From contig DAPKRU010000144.1 of assembly GCA_031800675.1 (NCBI GenBank), positions 15,101 through 79,100 on the forward strand: DNA of 64,000 bases, in the 5' to 3' direction. This document shows positions 59,457 through 64,000 of the stretch, one piece after another (position 1 is the stretch's first letter; every line of letters starts with the position of its first letter). The position numbers and the translations under genes are program-made. The notes under the pieces were generated by a model. It searched no databases. It was not told the origin of the DNA and saw only the letters and a list, made by a program, of their open reading frames with translations. Origin of the DNA: Polyangiaceae bacterium LLY-WYZ-15_(1-7) (lineage in GTDB: Bacteria; Myxococcota_A; Polyangia; Polyangiales; Houyiibacteriaceae).

Positions 59457-59894
59457 TCAGGTCGGCTCGCAGAGATCGGAGCGGATCAGGAAGCGGACGC
59501 CGCGGGGGGCCTCGAGGGAGAAGCCGGCGCCGCGGCCCGCGACGACGTCGAGGGTGAGGCGGGTGTGCTTCCAGCGCTCGTACTGATCGCCGCCGATGTA
59601 GAAGGGCTGCTCGCCGACGGTGCCGAGGCGCACGTCGCGGGCGCCGAGGCGGAGCTCGCCGCGCGGGTAGCACATGGGCGCGCTCCCATCGCAGCAGCCG
59701 CCGCTCTGGTGGAACATCAGCGGGCCATGCTCCTCGACCAGCTCGGCGATGAGCGCGAGGGCGGCGGGCGTGACGTCGACACCGGGCTCGTCGACACCGG
59801 GCTCGTCGGCACCGGGCGCGTCGACACCGGGCGCGTCGGCACCGGGCTCGTCGGCGCTCGGCTCGGGGGCGGGGGTCTCGCTCTCGGTGGTCAT
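59457..59894 (-). CDS. DUF779 family protein (AldB-associated)
   Basis: HGPLMFHQSGGCCDGSAPMCYP, QYERWKHT, GRGAGFSLEAP; N-terminal (A/V)D(E/A)PG pentapeptide repeats. Confidence 0.93.
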   Translation of the reverse strand: MTTESETPAPEPSADEPGADAPGVDAPGADEPGVDEPGVDVTPAALALIAELVEEHGPLMFHQSGGCCDGSAPMCYPRGELRLGARDVRLGTVGEQPFYIGGDQYERWKHTRLTLDVVAGRGAGFSLEAPRGVRFLIRSDLCEPT

Positions 59895-60065
59895 GTTCGA
59901 CGGCCTGACAAGAGTAGGTGCGCCGCGGCCGGCTCCCCGGGTGGGGTGGGGGGTAGCGGGGAGCCGGCCACGCCGCGGGAGGTCGAGCCCGCCGCGCAGG
60001 ACGCGGGGCGGGCCCACCGGGGGTCACGCGCCTCGGGGGGCCGAAGCAGCGGGCCCCGGTCTCGC

Positions 60066-61586
<1,521 letters not shown>

Positions 61587-61609
61587 GGGGACCTCCTGCG
61601 GGGAGACGG

Positions 61610-61625
61610 TGCAGCGCACGTGCCA
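61610..61625 (-). promoter_or_regulatory. Sigma-54 (-24/-12) promoter of the aldehyde dehydrogenase operon
   Basis: Minus strand reads TGGCACGTGCGCTGCA, with the GG-N10-GC spacing, about 24 bp upstream of the ATG. Confidence 0.85.
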
Positions 61626-61667
61626 GAGCCCGGGCGAGCGGCTTTCGGGGACGCGGCGCGGGCGAGG

Positions 61668-61706
61668 TGTCGCGTTTCGCGACAGGTGTTGGAGCGCATC
61701 GCTCCA
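61668..61706. promoter_or_regulatory. Candidate enhancer (UAS) palindromes for the AcoR-like activator
   Basis: TGTCGCG-ttt-CGCGACA (61668-84) and TGGAGCG-cat-CGCTCCA (61690-61706) upstream of the sigma54 promoter. Confidence 0.65.
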
Positions 61707-61755
61707 GCTCGGTGACGAGCTTGTGTTCGCCGTGTTTCCACGGCAGCTTGGAGCG

Positions 61756-63738
<1,983 letters not shown>

Positions 63739-64000
63739 ACGGGCTCCGGGAGCGGAGACTCGAGCCCGGGCCCGCAGAACGCCTCGCCTTCGGTCCGGCC
63801 TTCGGTCGGAGGGTCGGGGTTTCGCCGCCTTCGGCGACGACCGGCCTTCGGCCGGGGGGATCGGGGAACCGCGAGCGCGTCGGGTGAGTGAGACGGGCGC
63901 GTCGAGGGCGTTCGGCTTCGGCCAGGCGCGGCGCGGACGAGGGGGGGTCGGGGGCAGGGGCATGGGTCGGGCGTCTCTTCCGGTTGCCGATGGCTCGTCG

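Noticed and set aside
63780-63860. gccttcgg hairpin cluster after the activator gene
   Set aside because: Probably a REP-like or terminator-type structure; too short and degenerate to call an ncRNA.

Overview
Very GC-rich bacterial DNA. The gene content (many eukaryote-like Ser/Thr kinases, lipoproteins with DAG-rich linkers, an ECF sigma-kinase pair, a myxobacterial-type retron) points to Myxococcota, probably Polyangiales/Sandaracinus-like; this assignment is inference. About 38 credible genes are present, and most long ORFs in the supplied track are antisense or off-frame shadows. Two conflict-system loci stand out. (1) A complete retron locus at about 51.6-57.9 kb: a degenerate-WGR/HEAT-repeat gene coupled to a SWIM zinc-finger gene, a readable msr-msd ncRNA (perfect 20-bp a1/a2 core, predicted branch G at 56226, long msd hairpin), and a YADD reverse transcriptase with NAxxH and VTG motifs. 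A DUF4132-associated-like gene lies just upstream. (2) A lipoprotein-anchored teneurin-like NHL/YD-Rhs protein of about 2420 aa, coupled to a ZU5-like lipoprotein and followed by a lower-GC array of candidate immunity genes that includes an internally collapsed remnant of one of them. Other content: sulfatase, ArfB, DsbD plus redoxin, an ECF sigma next to a kinase-NACHT-TM fusion, a tetraheme cytochrome c, a transporter-HEAT-cNMP fusion, a sigma54-controlled aldehyde dehydrogenase module, and several intergenic tandem repeats. No rRNA, tRNA, CRISPR array or transposase was seen. All calls come from reading motifs by eye; no database searches were run.
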